NCBI GenBank assembly: GCA_049644325.1
Contig: JBARRR010000041.1
Location: 11,929-75,928 of the forward strand
Direction of reading: 5' to 3'
Source of the DNA: Candidatus Dormiibacterota bacterium
GTDB taxonomy: Bacteria; Chloroflexota; Dormibacteria; DASZGP01
DNA: 64,000 nt
The notes beneath the pieces are model-generated. The model worked only from the letters and a program-made list of their open reading frames with translations. It did no database searches and was not told where the DNA came from. Numbering within the stretch: the first letter of the stretch is position 1; each line of letters starts with the position of its first letter. Made by a program: the position numbers and the translations under genes. Below are positions 63,323 to 64,000 of this stretch, in pieces.

Positions 63323-64000
63323 GCCTCCTCCCTCATCTCGCGCAAGCGCCGCCGCCGCGACCAAACGATCGCAACCGCGCCCGCCAGCGCCGACGCCTCC
63401 CACAGGTAGAACCAGAGGATGAATGGTGGTCTCAGCGCGCCGGCCAGAGTTGATGCCGACCTCCCCGAGCCCGCGGCGCCGGTTGCCTTCTTGACCGGCG
63501 ACGAACCCGACCCGCCAGCCGAGGAGCCGCCGCCGGCGCCGCTACCGGTCACGTCGTTGAGCGCCGCGGTCACTGGCCCGCTGCCAGAGTTGCCGCCGTT
63601 GGAGAGGTCAAACCCGCCGAGTGCCAGTGGCGCAGCCGAGAAGCCATCAGCATGACCTTCTCCCAGGATGTATTCGACCTGGGTATCGGGTATGCCGGCG
63701 GCGGCGTTCCCGGGCTGCTTCGCCTGGATGTCCAGCCCCAGAGCGTCAACCGATCCGGTGCCACCGGTTGTCGATTTCTGTGGGGTGACGGTGCGGATCC
63801 TGAAGAACGTAGCCTCTCCCGCGCCACCGAGCCCAGGCACGGGTACCGACTGCCCCGCCGGTCCCACGGTGATGCCGTTGTTGTCGACCGCGATCGGCTG
63901 GCAGGTGGCGGCGGTAGCACAGTACTGGACCTGTCCGGGTGAGACGGTCGCCGATGGCGTGGCTTTGCCGTTGATGGCAGTCACACTGGTCACCACGTCG
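63319..64000 (-). CDS. secreted Gly/Ser-rich protein with C-terminal TM + RRRR tail; the N-terminus continues beyond the window
   Basis: The ORF runs to the window edge. The C-terminus is '...ILWFYLWEASALAGAVAIVWSRRRRLREMREEA'. Confidence 0.4.
   Translation of the reverse strand, partial: DVVTSVTAINGKATPSATVSPGQVQYCATAATCQPIAVDNNGITVGPAGQSVPVPGLGGAGEATFFRIRTVTPQKSTTGGTGSVDALGLDIQAKQPGNAAAGIPDTQVEYILGEGHADGFSAAPLALGGFDLSNGGNSGSGPVTAALNDVTGSGAGGGSSAGGSGSSPVKKATGAAGSGRSASTLAGALRPPFILWFYLWEASALAGAVAIVWSRRRRLREMREEA

Overview
This is a 64-kb, high-GC (about 70%) bacterial chromosomal segment, probably Actinobacteria- or Chloroflexi-like. Almost all of it is coding, and the many long ORFs antisense to real genes are GC artefacts. 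The core genes run in this order: the tail of the complex I operon (nuoI-J-K-L-M-N), an alkA-like glycosylase, mdh, a mycobacterial Sdh1-style succinate dehydrogenase cluster with an extra small membrane gene inserted between sdhA and sdhB, a ResB-like protein followed by a GT39/83-like glycosyltransferase, an aminotransferase, a DUF1684 protein, a Ser/Thr kinase, tRNA-Arg, a CAP-domain secreted protein, tRNA-His, a MoxR-DUF58-transglutaminase operon, tadA, and two tRNA-Ser genes. The most notable structure starts at tRNA-Ser(GGA) (25528-25618). Three progressively degenerate direct copies of its 3' end (27114-27141, 27737-27761, 30251-30274) delimit stacked integrase-less islets. Their cargo is flavin monooxygenases, NTF2/SnoaL-like proteins, a VOC enzyme and lower-GC hypothetical genes. 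The accessory-looking region continues to about 38.8 kb with a zinc-ribbon protein, a YcaQ-like protein and a Tat-secreted PHP/CehA hydrolase. The remainder is mostly housekeeping (GNAT, LOG, SDR, Rrf2, PEBP, MBL/PAS/cNMP module, DacB-like, cysM-mec, der, gpsA, tRNA-Pro, pyrF, HDAC-like, SpoIID) with several oddities: a TSUP/TauE transporter split into two half-size genes, paralogous four-CxxC zinc-ribbon genes, two tandem small Cys-rich membrane proteins with a (DVxG)6 repeat next to a xerC/D-type recombinase, an internally repeated coiled-coil gene divergent from an Rrf2 regulator, and a DUF11 surface protein. No CRISPR array, rRNA or obvious phage genes were seen.
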